Program-made: the position numbers and the translations under genes | NCBI RefSeq assembly: GCF_006345805.1 | Contig: NC_042999.1 | Coordinates: 36,766,001 to 36,830,000, forward strand | Direction of reading: 5' to 3' | Source: Octopus sinensis | Taxonomy: Eukaryota | Length of the DNA: 64,000 nt | Part shown: piece by piece, positions 12,385-25,451 of the stretch | How the letters are laid out: each line of letters begins with the position of its first letter | Numbering within the stretch: the stretch's first letter is position 1 | Notes under the pieces: model-generated | The model's input: only the letters and a program-made list of their open reading frames with translations | Databases searched by the model: none | What the model was told of the DNA's origin: nothing

Positions 12385-12735
12385 CTAACTTGTTTCAGTC
12401 ATTGGACTGCGACCATGCTAGGGTACTATCTTGAAAAGTTCAGTCAAACAAATTGTCCCCAGTATTTATTTTTTCTTTGTTAAGTCTGGTACATAACCTA
12501 TCTGTACCTTTTGCCAAACTGCTGAGTTACAGGGGTGTAAACAAACCAATACCAGTTGTCAAACAGTAATGGAGTACAAACACAAACGGAAAAACATGCA
12601 CACGTAGATATATATGGCAAACTTTTTTTTCAGTTTCCATTTACCAATCCTCTCACAAGGCTTTGGTTGTCTTAGGGCTATAGTAGAAGACACTTGCCCA
12701 AGGAAGCAAGCTTCTTATCACACAGCCATGTTGCA
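12385..12735 (-). mobile_element. SINE family A, diverged copy
   Basis: Reverse-complement similarity to head and tail of family A. Confidence 0.75.
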
Positions 12736-13303
12736 CCTAGTATTATGTATCATGCATAATAATCCTAGATATATTATGCATGGTAACTATCTCCTTCCCT
12801 TTTTATGAGTGTAAGATGGGGTTTGAAGGAGTTTGGCTGCTATCTCTACCAGACCAAGCAACTATGTAAAAGCTTCTCCTCTTCTTTCCCCACCCCCTTA
12901 GGTTTGATCTCAATATCTGCAGAGTTTTTTTTGTTTTTTCGCTTATGACTAGCAATTTCAACTAAATAAGAATTTGTATTAATACTATGGTCTATGAGCT
13001 ATTGACGTAACAGGTACATGTTCACTGAAATTGCTAGAAACAGCAGCTAATTTTCCCCTCTTCCCACCTTCCTTCCTCAAACTGCCTTAGAAAGAGAAAG
13101 ATACCATGGATAATGTAGAATATAAATATACTGACTGGCAAAAACAAAAAAAAAAAATGGGATGGTCACAGCTGGAACCTTTTGAGTTATCAGTCTCCTT
13201 TATCACAGCTGACATGGGCATCGAAAACGTTAAACAACACCACCACTAAACACCACCACTAAACACCACCACCACCCCACCACCACCACCACACCACCAC
13301 CAC

Positions 13304-13334
<31 letters not shown>

Positions 13335-13593
13335 AGCAACACACGGAAAACAATACCTTGAAAAACAACAATAGCAACAACAACAACAACTACAATATCT
13401 ACCTCTTAGATGAGATTCGCAACAATGTGTTTGCACGCTGAACCTTAACAAGTCTGTTGTATGAAAAGGAAACAACATCTGGCGTTTGTAGACCCATTTT
13501 TAAAATGTCAAATATTGATGTACATCATTGCAAATAAATATATGTATGCATACCTTTATATATATATACACACACATATATATATATGTATAC

Positions 13594-13653
<60 letters not shown>

Positions 13654-14139
13654 GAACATATTCTTATATATATATTAATTTTTCCAATTTATTTGTTATT
13701 CTTTGCTTTCTTTTTTGGCTGAAAACTAAAAGCAACAACAAAGTTCTGCTGTAAAAGTAAAATTATTGATTTGTGAGTAGAAGTAGGTTTGTGTAGACAT
13801 AATAGTGTGTGAGAGTGAAAACAATACATGCATACATCAGTAGAATATGAATACACATTTTTCTGTACTAAGAAATAATAACTTACACCATTAAACAATA
13901 TACTTGATTTACTAATACGCTTATAATGTACTGTTAATTATTAATATGCTAATAATATAACTATACCAAGAAATAGCTTGTGCTATATATTACCACAGGC
14001 ATACACATATGTATCCGTGTGGTTTTATGATACTGTCCCTCTGTTGTTGTTATTGTTATTGTTGTTGCTGTTGATGTTGTTGTTGTTGCTGTTGTTGATG
14101 TGGCTGCTGCTGCTGCTGCTGTTGATGTTAAAAAAAATA

Positions 14140-14389
14140 AATACGTCCTTTTAAAGCCTATCTAGGCTCATGGGCCCGGTTTCCCGGTTTCTATGGCGTA
14201 TGTGTTCCCCAGCTGGACGGGACGCCAATCCATCGCAGCATTACTCATTTTTGCCAGCTGAGTGGACTAGAGCAATGTGAAATGAAGTGTTTTGCTCAAG
14301 AACACAACGTGTCACCCAGTCCGGGAATCAAAACCATAATCTTACGATCATAGTGCTGACACCCTAACCACTAAGCCATGCGCCTCCAC
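14140..14389 (-). mobile_element. tRNA-headed SINE, head H1 plus tail T3
   Basis: Head GTGGAGGCGCATGGCTTAGTGGTTAGG; tail GAGTAATGCTGCGATGG..ATACGCCATAGAAACCGGG. Confidence 0.85.
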
Positions 14390-15569
14390 TATTGTTGATG
14401 TTATCTAGTATTAATGTTGAAGTTGTAGTTAGGACCTAAGCAGCACCTCCCAGAGAAATCCGGTAGGGCACAGCAAGGTTAGTTTCAGGCCCCCAGAAGT
14501 CAGTGAGGGATGTGGAGTTCTCTCAAAAATTCAAGTGGGTTGTAAGGATTTTTATTTTTTGTGGTGGTGGTAGGGGGGCATACTATGGCAAATAAATAGC
14601 TCCTCCTTGAATCTTCGTAACACTTAAACATTCCTTCTTATGGGCCTTGGCCTTAGGTCATACCTGATTCAGAACATTATGATGAAATATATTCCAACCC
14701 TGACCATCCTATGTATTTGGGGTGGGGGATATGTATTAGGAGCTATCATGGTTGTATGGTTAAGAATTTACCAATCATATGATTTCAGGTTCAGTTCCAG
14801 TACATAGCAGCAACTTGGGCAAGTGTCTTCTACCAAAAAGCCTGTAATATATATATATAGTTGAAATTTACAGAAAAACAAAAGATGATGACAGGAGTAT
14901 AAGCAACAAACAGGTGTTATATACATACATACACACATATATATATATGAAGCCAAGTGAAATGGTAGTTGTGGCACCCTTTGAATATTGAGCCTCACAG
15001 AGGCAATGATAAGTGACCAAGCATTTGGCGATATACTATGCTTGAGAAAGCCCATCATGCCAAATGAAATCATAGTTGTGGCAGATGCCTATATCCCGTA
15101 AGTGGCACCCATACTAGTGGCATGTAAAAAGCATCCATTACACTTTCGGAGTAGTTGGCATTAGAAGGGCATCCAGCCATAGAAACCATGGCGAATCAGA
15201 TTGGAACCTGGTGCAGCCCTCCAGCTTACCAGCTTCAGTCATACCATCCAACCCATGATGATGATGATAGATGTATATATATTCTTTTTCTTTTATTCTT
15301 TTACTTGTTTCAGTCATCTCACTGCAGCCATGCTGGAGCACCACCTTTAGTCAAGCAAATCAAGCCCAGGACTTATTCTTGTAAGCCTAGAACTTATTCT
15401 ATCGGTCTCTTTTACCAAACCACTAAGTTACAGGGACGTAAACATACCAGTATCAGTTGTCAAGTGATGTTGGGGAAACAAGCACAGACACAGAAACATA
15501 TACACACACATATATGCATATATACACACACACACACACATATGTGTGTGTGTCAGAAAAAGCAAAAGA

Positions 15570-16309
15570 AAATCCCATCAGATCTAAAAGGCTTTAAACA
15601 AACTGAAAAATCCAGCAGAAGATTTGATTTGGTTGTTCTCAAGCGAGAAAGACTTTGATCAAGATCATAAAGTTAACAGAAGAAATGACAGATGGTTATG
15701 TGCAGACCATTCTGAAGTTACAAGTGTTATGCATACAAAATTTCCTGTGTCTGTCATGGTTTTAGGGGTTGCCAGCAATGAAGAACATGTGATGCCGCTT
15801 TACTTCTTTACACAAGGCCTTAGAGTTAACTTTGTGCCTACATTGAGGTCCTGGAAGCAAGTGTTAAGTTCTGGATAGACAATGTATGCTATGCAAGGCC
15901 ATATGTGTTTCAGTAAGACTTTGCACTATCACACATGGCTCTAGTATCACAGGAATGAATGGCTGAAATTTGGCCACCTAATTCACCAGATCTTGATCCA
16001 TTGGACTATTACATGTGAAGCATTGTTGAGAGAGAGGTCAATAAATATACCCATAATACCAAAGATTCTTTGAAAGCGGCCATAGTCAGAGTAATGTTCA
16101 AAATGAACCAGGATCACTTGATTTGAGCATGTAGATGATTTAGATCTCATATAGCAGCAGTTGTTGAAGCTGAAGGTGGTTTTATTGAATAATATTATAG
16201 AAAAGGCTTATTTTATCCTCATAACCTTTTTTGATAAGTAAAGTTATTATTTGTTATTATATATCTGTTTTTTATACACATAAATCTGTCCTTACATATC
16301 TTACGCACC

Positions 16310-16312
<3 letters not shown>
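15570..16312 (+). mobile_element. Decayed Tc1/mariner transposase 3' half with right TIR (probably maT/DD37D-like)
   Basis: WLFSSEKDF, VMVLGVASNE..MPLYFF, FQ*DFALSH, WPPNSPDLDPLDYY; ends CTTACGCACCCTG then TA. Confidence 0.78.
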
Positions 16313-16345
<33 letters not shown>

Positions 16346-16983
16346 GAAGGGCTTCTTTCAGTTTCCGTCTACCAAATCCACTCACAAGGCTTTGGTCAGC
16401 CCGAGGCTATAGTTAAAGACACTTGCCCAAGGTGCCATGCAGTGGGACTGAACTTGGAATCATGTATTTGGGAAGCTACCTACAACACAGCCACTCCTTC
16501 ATCTATTTAGGGATGGTCATATTTTGCCAATTAAACACAAATACACACTACAATTCACTTCAGCTTTTTTATTATTTTAGTTTCTTTGTCAAAGCTCTTT
16601 CATCACACATCCTGTGACCTCATCAGCAACTCTCTATCACACGTGTCTCCTCTTGTTCTGCTAATTCTATCTTGTGTTTCTGTGGCATGTTATCGGTTAT
16701 CCTTATCTGTGCATGCACATGTGCAGACAGAGATACATACCACAGAATCTTGCAAAACAAATACATAAATGTATATATATATATTTGTATGTATGTATGT
16801 ATGTATATATATATAGTGTTAGGAAGGGCATCCAGCTCTAGAAACCATGTCACAACTGACAGTTAGAGTTTAGACAACTCCCTGCTAGCCAGCCCCACAT
16901 CAAACTACACAACCCATACAAGCATGAAAAGTGGACATTAAACCATGATGGTGGTGGTGGTGGTGTGTGTGTGTGTGTGTGTT

Positions 16984-17034
<51 letters not shown>

Positions 17035-17184
17035 CCTGTGTATATCATTTAATATACAGAAGATTTAAATGTCAGCTGAATACCATGCTATAAAATCTCA
17101 TCCAACTTATTGTATTATCAGAGGCATGAAATGTATAGTAGCTTACATTTTAATCCTGTGCATATTAAATGATATTTATCTCTC

Positions 17185-17412
17185 ATTGGATGGATGGAAA
17201 ATGGATGGATGGATGGATGGATGGATGGATGGATGGATGGATGGATGGATGGATGGGTGGATGGATGGATGGATGGATGGATGGGTGGATGGATGGATCG
17301 ATGGATCGATGGATCGATGGATGGACGGAGTGGTGGATGGATGGATGGATGGATAGATGGATGGATGGATGGACGGAGTGGTGGATGGATGGATGATGGA
17401 TGGATGGATGGA
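17185..17412. repeat. (GGAT)n microsatellite
   Basis: Direct inspection; other long tracts include (CAT)n 12080-12205, (GATA/GACA/GGAT)n 30095-30360, (TA/TG)n 31380-32520 and (CATA)n 62810-63010. Confidence 0.95.
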
Positions 17413-17844
17413 TGCTGCTTTTGTTGATTCTACCAATAACAGAACAGGAGAGTAAATACATGTGTGTGTATGTGTATAAGATATATGTATGAAGGCATGT
17501 ATATGTGTGTGAATGTGTGCATGTTTGTGTCTCTTTGTCTTGATATTAGTTGGATGTTGTAAATAAATGTCACTGTCATATAATATTGTGTGAAAACATG
17601 TCAGGATATGGAGTAAATATTACCTTGTTTGGTAACAGGTGAGGAAAGGCATCGGGCTGTAGAAAATCTGCTTCATTAAACACATCTGACCCATGCAAGC
17701 ATAAAAAAGGGGACAATAAAACGATGACGTGTGTGTGTAAGTGTACATATGACTGTAATATCTATCCATCAATCTAACACACACACACACACACACACAT
17801 ATACATGTACAGTAGAGAGAAACATAAACACACTTCCTCTAGAC

Positions 17845-18062
17845 CAGTGCTTTTCAAATTTTTGCTGAAGCAGAACCCCAAGGAAACATTCCACTGGCTC
17901 GGGGAATCCCTGTGCAATAATTTAATAGTCTTATGCACACATATCTGCACAGGAGAATTAAAAATTACTGCCGATTTTAGCAGTTTTGTAACTTCTTGCG
18001 GAACCCCTGGACTGTACTGGCGGAACCCTGAGGTTCTGCAGAACCCTGGTTGAAAACCACTG
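17845..18062. mobile_element. hAT-type MITE
   Basis: TIRs CAGTGCTTTTCAA / TTGAAAACCACTG; perfect 8-bp TSD CTCTAGAC. Confidence 0.88.
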
Positions 18063-18094
18063 CTCTAGACGAATACTTTTGTAAATTTTAAAGT

Positions 18095-18675
18095 GAGACC
18101 ATAACCCGTGGCCCATGCCAGTGGTGTAACCAGCCCACTAATGCATACCTTTCCTTCATTGGACACTAAACTCTGCTTGAGAAGACCTTTTGAGGCAAAT
18201 GAAATTGAAATCAAATTCGATGATAGCACCACATGACTGGCATCCATGCTAGTGGAGCACTAAGAGCACCATCCGAAAATGATCATTACCAGTGCCGCTG
18301 ACTGGCTCCCGTGCTGGTGGCACGTAAAAAGCTCCATTTGAGCATGATCGTTACCAGCATCGCCTTACTGGCACTTGTGCCGGTGGCATGTGAAAAACAA
18401 CATTCAAGCAAGGTGCCGCTGGACTGGCTCCTGTGCAGGTGGCAAATAAATAAAAACTATTTGAGTGTGGCCATTACCAGTACTGCCTGACTGGCCCTCA
18501 GCACCCACTACACTCTCGGAGTGGTTGGCATTAGGAAGGGCATCCAGCTATAGAAACTCTGCCAGATCAGATTGGAGCCTGGTGCAGTCATCTGGCTCGC
18601 CAGTCCTCAGTCAAACCGTCCAACCCATGCCAACATAGAAAGCTGACGTTAAGCAATGATGATGATGATGATGAA
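18095..18675 (+). mobile_element. Non-autonomous retroposon ending in (GAT)n, probably carrying an RTE-type 3' tail
   Basis: GAGTGGTTGGCATTAGGAAGGGCATCCAGC..CCAACCCATGC..(GAT)n; partial copies near 12200(-), 15060, 16810, 24520, 39600(-), 43450(-), 46220(-), 49480(-), 52690(-), 59040, 60060. Confidence 0.75.
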
Positions 18676-18699
18676 AGCACAAGAAAAACAATTTTCTAT

Positions 18700-19452
18700 A
18701 CTAACAAAGCCAGAACATGCCTGACTAATAGCCCCAACCTTACAAATGAAAGAGGAAAATTCCTAAATAACAACAACAACAAGTAAAGACAGGCCCAGCC
18801 TAAATTTATCACCTACCAACATTCTTTAGTGGAAAAAAAGTTGACACACCTAATCACTAAGGGCTTAAATACTTTTGACCTTATTATTGTCAAAGCAAAA
18901 GGATTAAATCCAATAATACCAAATGCAACAAAAATACTGTCACATCTTGTGCCTACCTAACAAAAGACAAACAGTTACAGGCTTGTTTACAAAGTTCTAC
19001 ATGCATGAATAAATTCTAGACAATACCATAACCCCAAATTTAATCAATAAAAATTTTCCCAACACATCTTTCCATAAAAACCTAATTACCACTCCACTCT
19101 AACCCACATACCAAAGAGATTATATAAACGTAAAACAGAGAGTATATAAACTGTAGTGAGATGGCTAAAATGTGTGCCTTAAATACATTGTATAGGCTTC
19201 AGAAGGTCAAATTTTGCAAGCTGTATTCTGACCAATCAGTGTGTGGCTTTACTAAATCACTTAAGTTGATTGTTGTTTGGTTTAGGTGTCACAGATTGTT
19301 GAATGTGTCAAGTGACCTGTATTTTGACCCTGGTCAAAGCAGTAATTGGTTGGCTGGGAAATGTTGTTTAGAACATATCTAAAAATAGCCAAACAGGGAA
19401 ATTATTACATATTGTGAAAATCAGACAAAGTTGGAATTTCTTTGAGTAATAT
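18700..19452 (+). mobile_element. Old PLE remnant related to the palindromic element
   Basis: 19150-19380 resembles 24995-25240; terminal GTGAAAATCAGACAAAGTTGGAATT matches 28162-28186; decayed Cys-linker-like coding trace upstream. Confidence 0.6.
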
Positions 19453-20479
19453 ACGCGCAAGCACACACACACACGCACACACATATATATATATATTCAT
19501 ATATATATACTAGCAGAGATACCTGGCATTGCCCGTGTCAAGTGGAATTGAAGAAATAGACTTTTCTTTTATATTTTCTCGAATGAGCTGGAATAGCTAT
19601 GATTTGAATTTCCTCAAAATTGGTGATTAAGAATTTTAATAAGGGTTCTTTCCCTCTTCACACACTTTAAAATATATTCTAATCATGACATATTTGTCCC
19701 ATACTAGACAGCGGGATGCATGGTTGTTCTTAAATGTAAAGACTGACCCTGGTGAAAAATGTACCCCCCAGCATAGACTAATCATTAGCAACTTTAGACT
19801 CCAGGCCAGAACGATGCTAAGAAGCAGACCAATCTGTAATGTAATTTTCTTGGACCAATAAATATATATCAATTAGTGTGTTGGGTAAAGTACATTCACA
19901 ATTTGGGTTACTTGGTGTCATCTACAGTTGGGATATATTTCTCTTGGATCTACATCAGGAATTCTGCAGTGTTTGTTGGGATAATAATAACTGATGAAGT
20001 AAATGGAAGATAGATTTTGCCCTAGTCTTTATTCAGTATGATGATCGTTTCAACCCATCCTGCATCTGTCCGTTATGGGTAGAATATTGTACATCTAATT
20101 GCATTATATAAATCTGTGCAGTTTGTGTCACATCAGGTACATACATGAAGAAAGGGATGTCCCTCTAAATATATTGGGTTCTACCAGGCATGTTGTTCAG
20201 CAACAGTAAGGACTGATAAAAAGAAAAGCATTTGGATGTAAAATTCCTACCTTAAATACTTTTCTTGTCTCAGTCATACTAGCTTGGAAAAACAAACATT
20301 AAACAATTACTGAATAAATGATATAATTATATAAAAAGACAATTACATTTACATAATCCCTCCCCCAAAATTGCTCGTCTTGTATGAAAATTTGGAACTA
20401 TTATTGATACCATGATAAAATAACAGTATTGTTTTTACTGCGGTCATTCACAAACATGAATTGAATGTGATATACTCTT

Positions 20480-20691
20480 TATTCTTTTACTCTTTTACTT
20501 GTTTCAGTCATTTGACTGCGGCCATGCTGGAGCACCGGCTTTAGCCGAGCAAATCGACCCCAGGACTTATTCTTTGTAAGCCTAGTACTTATTCTATCGG
20601 TCTCTTTTGCCGAACCGCTAAGTTACGGGGACGTAAATACACCAGCATCGGTTGTCAAGCGATGTTGGGGGGGACAAACACAGACACACAA

Positions 20692-20724
<33 letters not shown>

Positions 20725-20895
20725 CATATATACGATGGGCTTCTTTCAGTTTCTGTCTACCAAATCCACTCACAAGGCTTTGGTTGGCCTGAGGCTATAG
20801 TAGAAGACACTTGCCCAAAGTGCCACGCAGTGGGACTGAACCTGGAATCATGCAGTTGGTAAGCAAGCTACTTACCACACAGCCACTCCTGCACC
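20480..20895 (-). mobile_element. SINE family A, full length
   Basis: Reverse complement of 30597-31012. Confidence 0.9.
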
Positions 20896-20925
20896 TATGT
20901 TTCTCTTTTTTATCTCCCAGGTGGG

Positions 20926-21116
20926 AGATGGGCTGAATCCTGGAAGTACTGCTATACCAGGCTAACCCATGGCAAAGGCGGAGCAAGCCCCTAACTCTTC
21001 CCCTCGTTCTAAAAATCAGTTTAATATCGATGGTCCCAAATAGGGACCATATCAGATATTAAGCTTATAAGAACAGATACTACACTTTAATCTTAGCCAA
21101 AAGGCCGAGAAGTGAA
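20926..21116 (-). ncRNA. U2: U2 spliceosomal snRNA, full-length (191 nt) variant copy or pseudogene
   Basis: CTTCTCGGCCTTTTGGCTAAGAT, branch-pairing GTGTAGTATCTGTTCTT, stem IIb ATGGTCCC/GGGACCAT, Sm site ATTTTTAG, stem IV CCTGG/CCAGG. Confidence 0.92.
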
Positions 21117-22110
21117 ATTACATTGAAAATTCTATTCTTGCTATAGGCACAAAGCCTGGCATTTTGGGAGAGGTTCTAGTTGGTTACATCGACCCCAGTG
21201 CTCAACTAGTATTTATTTAATTGACCCCAAAAGGATAAAAGGCCAAGCTGACCTCAGTGGAATTTGATCTCAGAATGTAAACATGAAAGAAATATCATGG
21301 GTTGTATTACAATTAACTCTTGCAAGCTCAAGTAAGGCTGCTGGGAGCTCAGGCATTGCCTAAACTTGCCCAACAGCAGAGCATTTTTAGTAATAGAGAC
21401 GAATTGTACGGATTTTCAACATGCATGTGGTCTTATATCTATGAGAATCCAATACTGAGACCAACATACGAACATGTAAAAGTGAAGTCAATTAGCTACA
21501 TTATCTCCTCCTCCTTCTTCTCTTCTTCTTCTTACCCCCTTTCTACCAATTCTCTTCCCTCACACATCATCCTACTTCTGTTTCATCCCTTCTACTCTTC
21601 CTTCCACCCTTCTTTCTACAGCTATCCCACTTCTGTTCTTCCCTTCCTCCTATGTCTATATCTATGTGTATATGCACATGCATGTGTGTGGGTGTGTGTG
21701 TTTAATTTAGTACATTGAATAAGTCCATATGCACCAGAAAAAACTATGTAACCAAAATACTATAATCAATTTTATAACATATTGTTAAAAAGCAATACAT
21801 TATTACTTCCATGCATTAACAATAACAGACAATACATACCATAAACTAGTTAAAATGAATGTTCACAACAGAATTTTAAAAAGAACAGTCAACAAATGAT
21901 CTCATTCATACTCAAAAATTTTGTAGTTTCTCCAGCTGTTTCCTTGACACACAAAGACATTGTTGACCATACAATAATTACTTATTATTAATCATAGCTA
22001 TTTCAAATTAAATTGATTTAATAGTTAAAATTAATATTACGCTAATATTATATGGTTGACAATGAGTTTGTGAATTATGGAAACCACTGAAAATTTTGTT
22101 TACTTTCTAA

Positions 22111-22155
<45 letters not shown>

Positions 22156-22239
22156 TGCATGTATATATATACAGACAAAGAAAGAGATAGTAAGGTAGAT
22201 AAACACTAATTAGGCATGATATATCTATATAATGTTATG

Positions 22240-22850
22240 CCTGTGATTGCTTGCTTGCATGCTTGTCTGTATTTTAATACAGCCAAACCAGCACATAATG
22301 TGGAAAATACTCTGAATGTAAGGTGCCCCTGAAATGTGAATACAAACAGAATAAAACAAGTTTTGCATAAATCGGACCTTGGATTCCAAGATACTCATGT
22401 TTTTATGGGTTTGTTTCCACAAATTTAAGTAGTGAAACCTGGAGTTATTGCCCTTTATTGTGAACACCTGGATAGTTTTGTCTGTGTGCTTGCTTGTGTG
22501 CATGCCTCTCTGTAATTTAATACAGCCAAACTGGTGCATAATGGAAAAATACTCTGAAAGTAAGGTATCCCTGTAATAGGAGTACAAATGGAATAAGACA
22601 AGTTTTGCATAAATCGGACCACGGGTTCCTGAGATATGCAGTTTTTACAGGTTCCTTTATGATTGCCTGCTTGCATGCTTGCTTGTGTGTGTGTGTGCTA
22701 GTCTTTAATTTAATGCAGTTAAATTGGCACATAATTGGAAAAATGCTTTGAAAGTAAGGTGCCATTGAAATGTGAATATAAACAGAATAAAACAAGTTTT
22801 GTGTGAATGGGACTATGGGTTCCTGAGATACGTGGCTTTTTCAGGTACTT
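22240..22850. repeat. Degenerate tandem repeat, 3 units of about 190-245 bp
   Basis: TTTAATACAGCCAAAC..GGAAAATACTCTGAA.GTAAGGT..CAAGTTTTGCATAAATCGGACC recurs near 22270, 22515, 22705. Confidence 0.8.
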
Positions 22851-22946
22851 CAAACTATTGGAGACCAATGGGTCATGGGTAGTCTAGTATATTTATATGC
22901 AGCACAAAAAATATCGAATAAAGGTAAAAGTATATATAATGTATAA

Positions 22947-23092
22947 CCTTGACAGCTGTTTCAGGGGGCCAAGAGTTAGATAATAATCATAATTTGCAGA
23001 CGATATTAATATATGCAAAATGTCACAGGTATGCAGCGAATGACTGGTCAGATGATGTTATTACAGTAAGTCTAGTCCCCCTTTTCAAGAGA
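22947..23092 (-). ncRNA. Degenerate long-loop hammerhead-like motif
   Basis: GAAA-CAGCUG-UC-AAGG with palindromic ACAGCUGU and GUC site; stem II GGGGG/CCCCC; 5' core decayed (TTGAAAA). Confidence 0.45.
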
Positions 23093-24403
23093 AGATTATC
23101 AAATGTATGTAAATATATATAAAATTATTTGTTTTAGGTTGTCACAGAGTGACCATTGGTTTTGCACTTATAAAGCTCTTAACAGTATAGGCAACTTGTC
23201 AGACTTGTTGGTGGGAGATACATAACCTCTCAACAAATGGAGGTAGGAAAATGTCTTGGTTAGTTAGGGAGAAAATTTGTGTTGAAAACATGGAATTCCC
23301 CATTTGCTGACCAGGGAAACATAATCGTCCATACACTGGCCCTTTTAGATGCAACTTGAACCAATCTGAGATAACTCTATCTCCCCCAGAAGTATTATTG
23401 AACAGTAGATTTTTTGTTTGCAACCCTAACTATGGAAAGATGGCTCATCTGGAAAAGTTTCTTGGACCCTGCTACATGTCTAAATTCAAGAACTGAACTT
23501 TCTGGGTCATGTCCACATATGACAAAATATCTGTTACAGTTTTGCGCCCCCCCCCCACCAAGATCACTGATAGAATCTGTATTTTTATTATGTTTCTGCA
23601 TGAGCTTTTCATATGTCTTAATATTTTAAAATTTTTTATTGTTTTATATATATTTTTTCATTTTATCCTTTTTAATTGTGTGAATGTGTACATATGTGGG
23701 TATATGTATATGTATGTATATATTAAATGTGCATATGTGTGCGTGTGTATATATGTGTACGTATGTATGTATGTATATGAGTGTAGGACTGTGTCTGGTG
23801 CATGAGTGCGACTTTCATGCACATGTCCCCTTCTTTTATAAGGATATGCATACACTTGTAATATCTGTGGTTGTAGGTGTGTGATAGGAGGATGTATATG
23901 TATATATATATATATATATATACATACATGCAGGAGTGTGAATGTATAACTGTATATAAATATACACACACATGTATTTATATGTATAAATGTCTAAATA
24001 TATATGTATGCAGGCATACACCTGTGTGTATATTATCATGAAGTTGCGTGCACATATATATATATACATGTGTAAATGTGTGTGGGTAGATATGTGTATA
24101 TGTATGAGTACGTACATGCTCATATATGTTTGCATGTGTATGTGCATGTACATATACATATTTGTGTGAGTGTGTATATGTCTATGTATTGTGAGAATAT
24201 GGTTGCGTGTATTTTTTTTATCTTTTATATTTTTTCTATCTATTAGAGTAACTTCACTTTTAGTCAACAGTTTTTCATAGCGCCTCTTGCCATTAGTAGC
24301 TGATGAGAATGCATTGTAGCTCTTAGCTCCAGCATTTGAAACTCCGATTACTATTATGACAACTTACTGATTGTCCCAAACTATACACACACACACACAT
24401 ATA

Positions 24404-24441
<38 letters not shown>

Positions 24442-24918
24442 CAGACATATATACACACACATATATACACATGTATATGTGCATATATATATATATCATC
24501 ATCATCATTATCATCATGCCAGTGACACAAAAAATGTGCCCATGCTGGTGACATGTAAAAGGCACCCACTACACTCTTGGAGTGGTTGGCATTAGAAAGG
24601 GCATCCAACCATAGAAACCAAGCCAAAATCAAGCCTTGTACAGCTATCCAGCTTACCAGTTCCAATCAAACTGACTAACTCATGCCACTAAATGATGATA
24701 ATGATGATATATTATATATGTATATATATATATATATATAATATATATATATATGGGTGTGAGTGATTGTGTATAGAAGAATATATTAATAAAAAGAATT
24801 CCAACCTTGTCTGATTTTCACGTTTTATTTACAATCTTATAATGATATATTATAAGGTAATATATTATAATTGAATAAAATAAAATGAAATAGTAGAATG
24901 TTAAATGTTCATTCTGAT

Positions 24919-24963
24919 TGAACTAGTACTTTCATGCATTGAATTCTGCAATCTTCGGGTTCA
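24919..24963 (-). ncRNA. Mirror copy of the same hammerhead-like motif, left arm
   Basis: Exact reverse complement of 28020-28064. Confidence 0.65.
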
Positions 24964-25451
24964 TGTAGTAGTGTTGACAGTCATGCTTCACAATTTTTGA
25001 CTGTAGCAAGATGGTTGATTCTGTGCTATAAATACAGCTGGGTAGGCTCCAGAGTGCTAGATTTTGCAAACTGTATTCTGACCAATCAGTGTGTAGTATT
25101 ACTCAATTACTTAAGCTGATTGGTTGGTTGAGCTGATTGGTTTAGGCATCAAGCTTTGTTGGACATGTCAAGAGTCCTGTATCTTGACCCTGGCCGAAGC
25201 AGCAATTGTTGGGTTATTTTTAGAAATGTTGTAAATATCCTTTGTCAGAGATTTTTATATTTTTATATTTCAATTGTCATCATCATCATTGTCAGCACCT
25301 TAATTATTGTTGCTAGTGGTGATGGTGGTGGCAATAGAACTTTTAACCCTAAATAAGATAATTTTCCTGTCATCTTGATCACCTTTAGTATTGTTGTTGT
25401 TGTTAGTGGTCATGGTCGTAGCAGTGGAAGTAATACCTCTAAGTATTATTA

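Noticed and set aside
20926-21116. U2 as a target of a Utopia retrotransposon
   Set aside because: The U2 sequence is uninterrupted and no RT-coding sequence abuts it
21320-21718. 132-aa ORF as a gene
   Set aside because: Second half is a CT-rich low-complexity tract; first half has no recognisable homology
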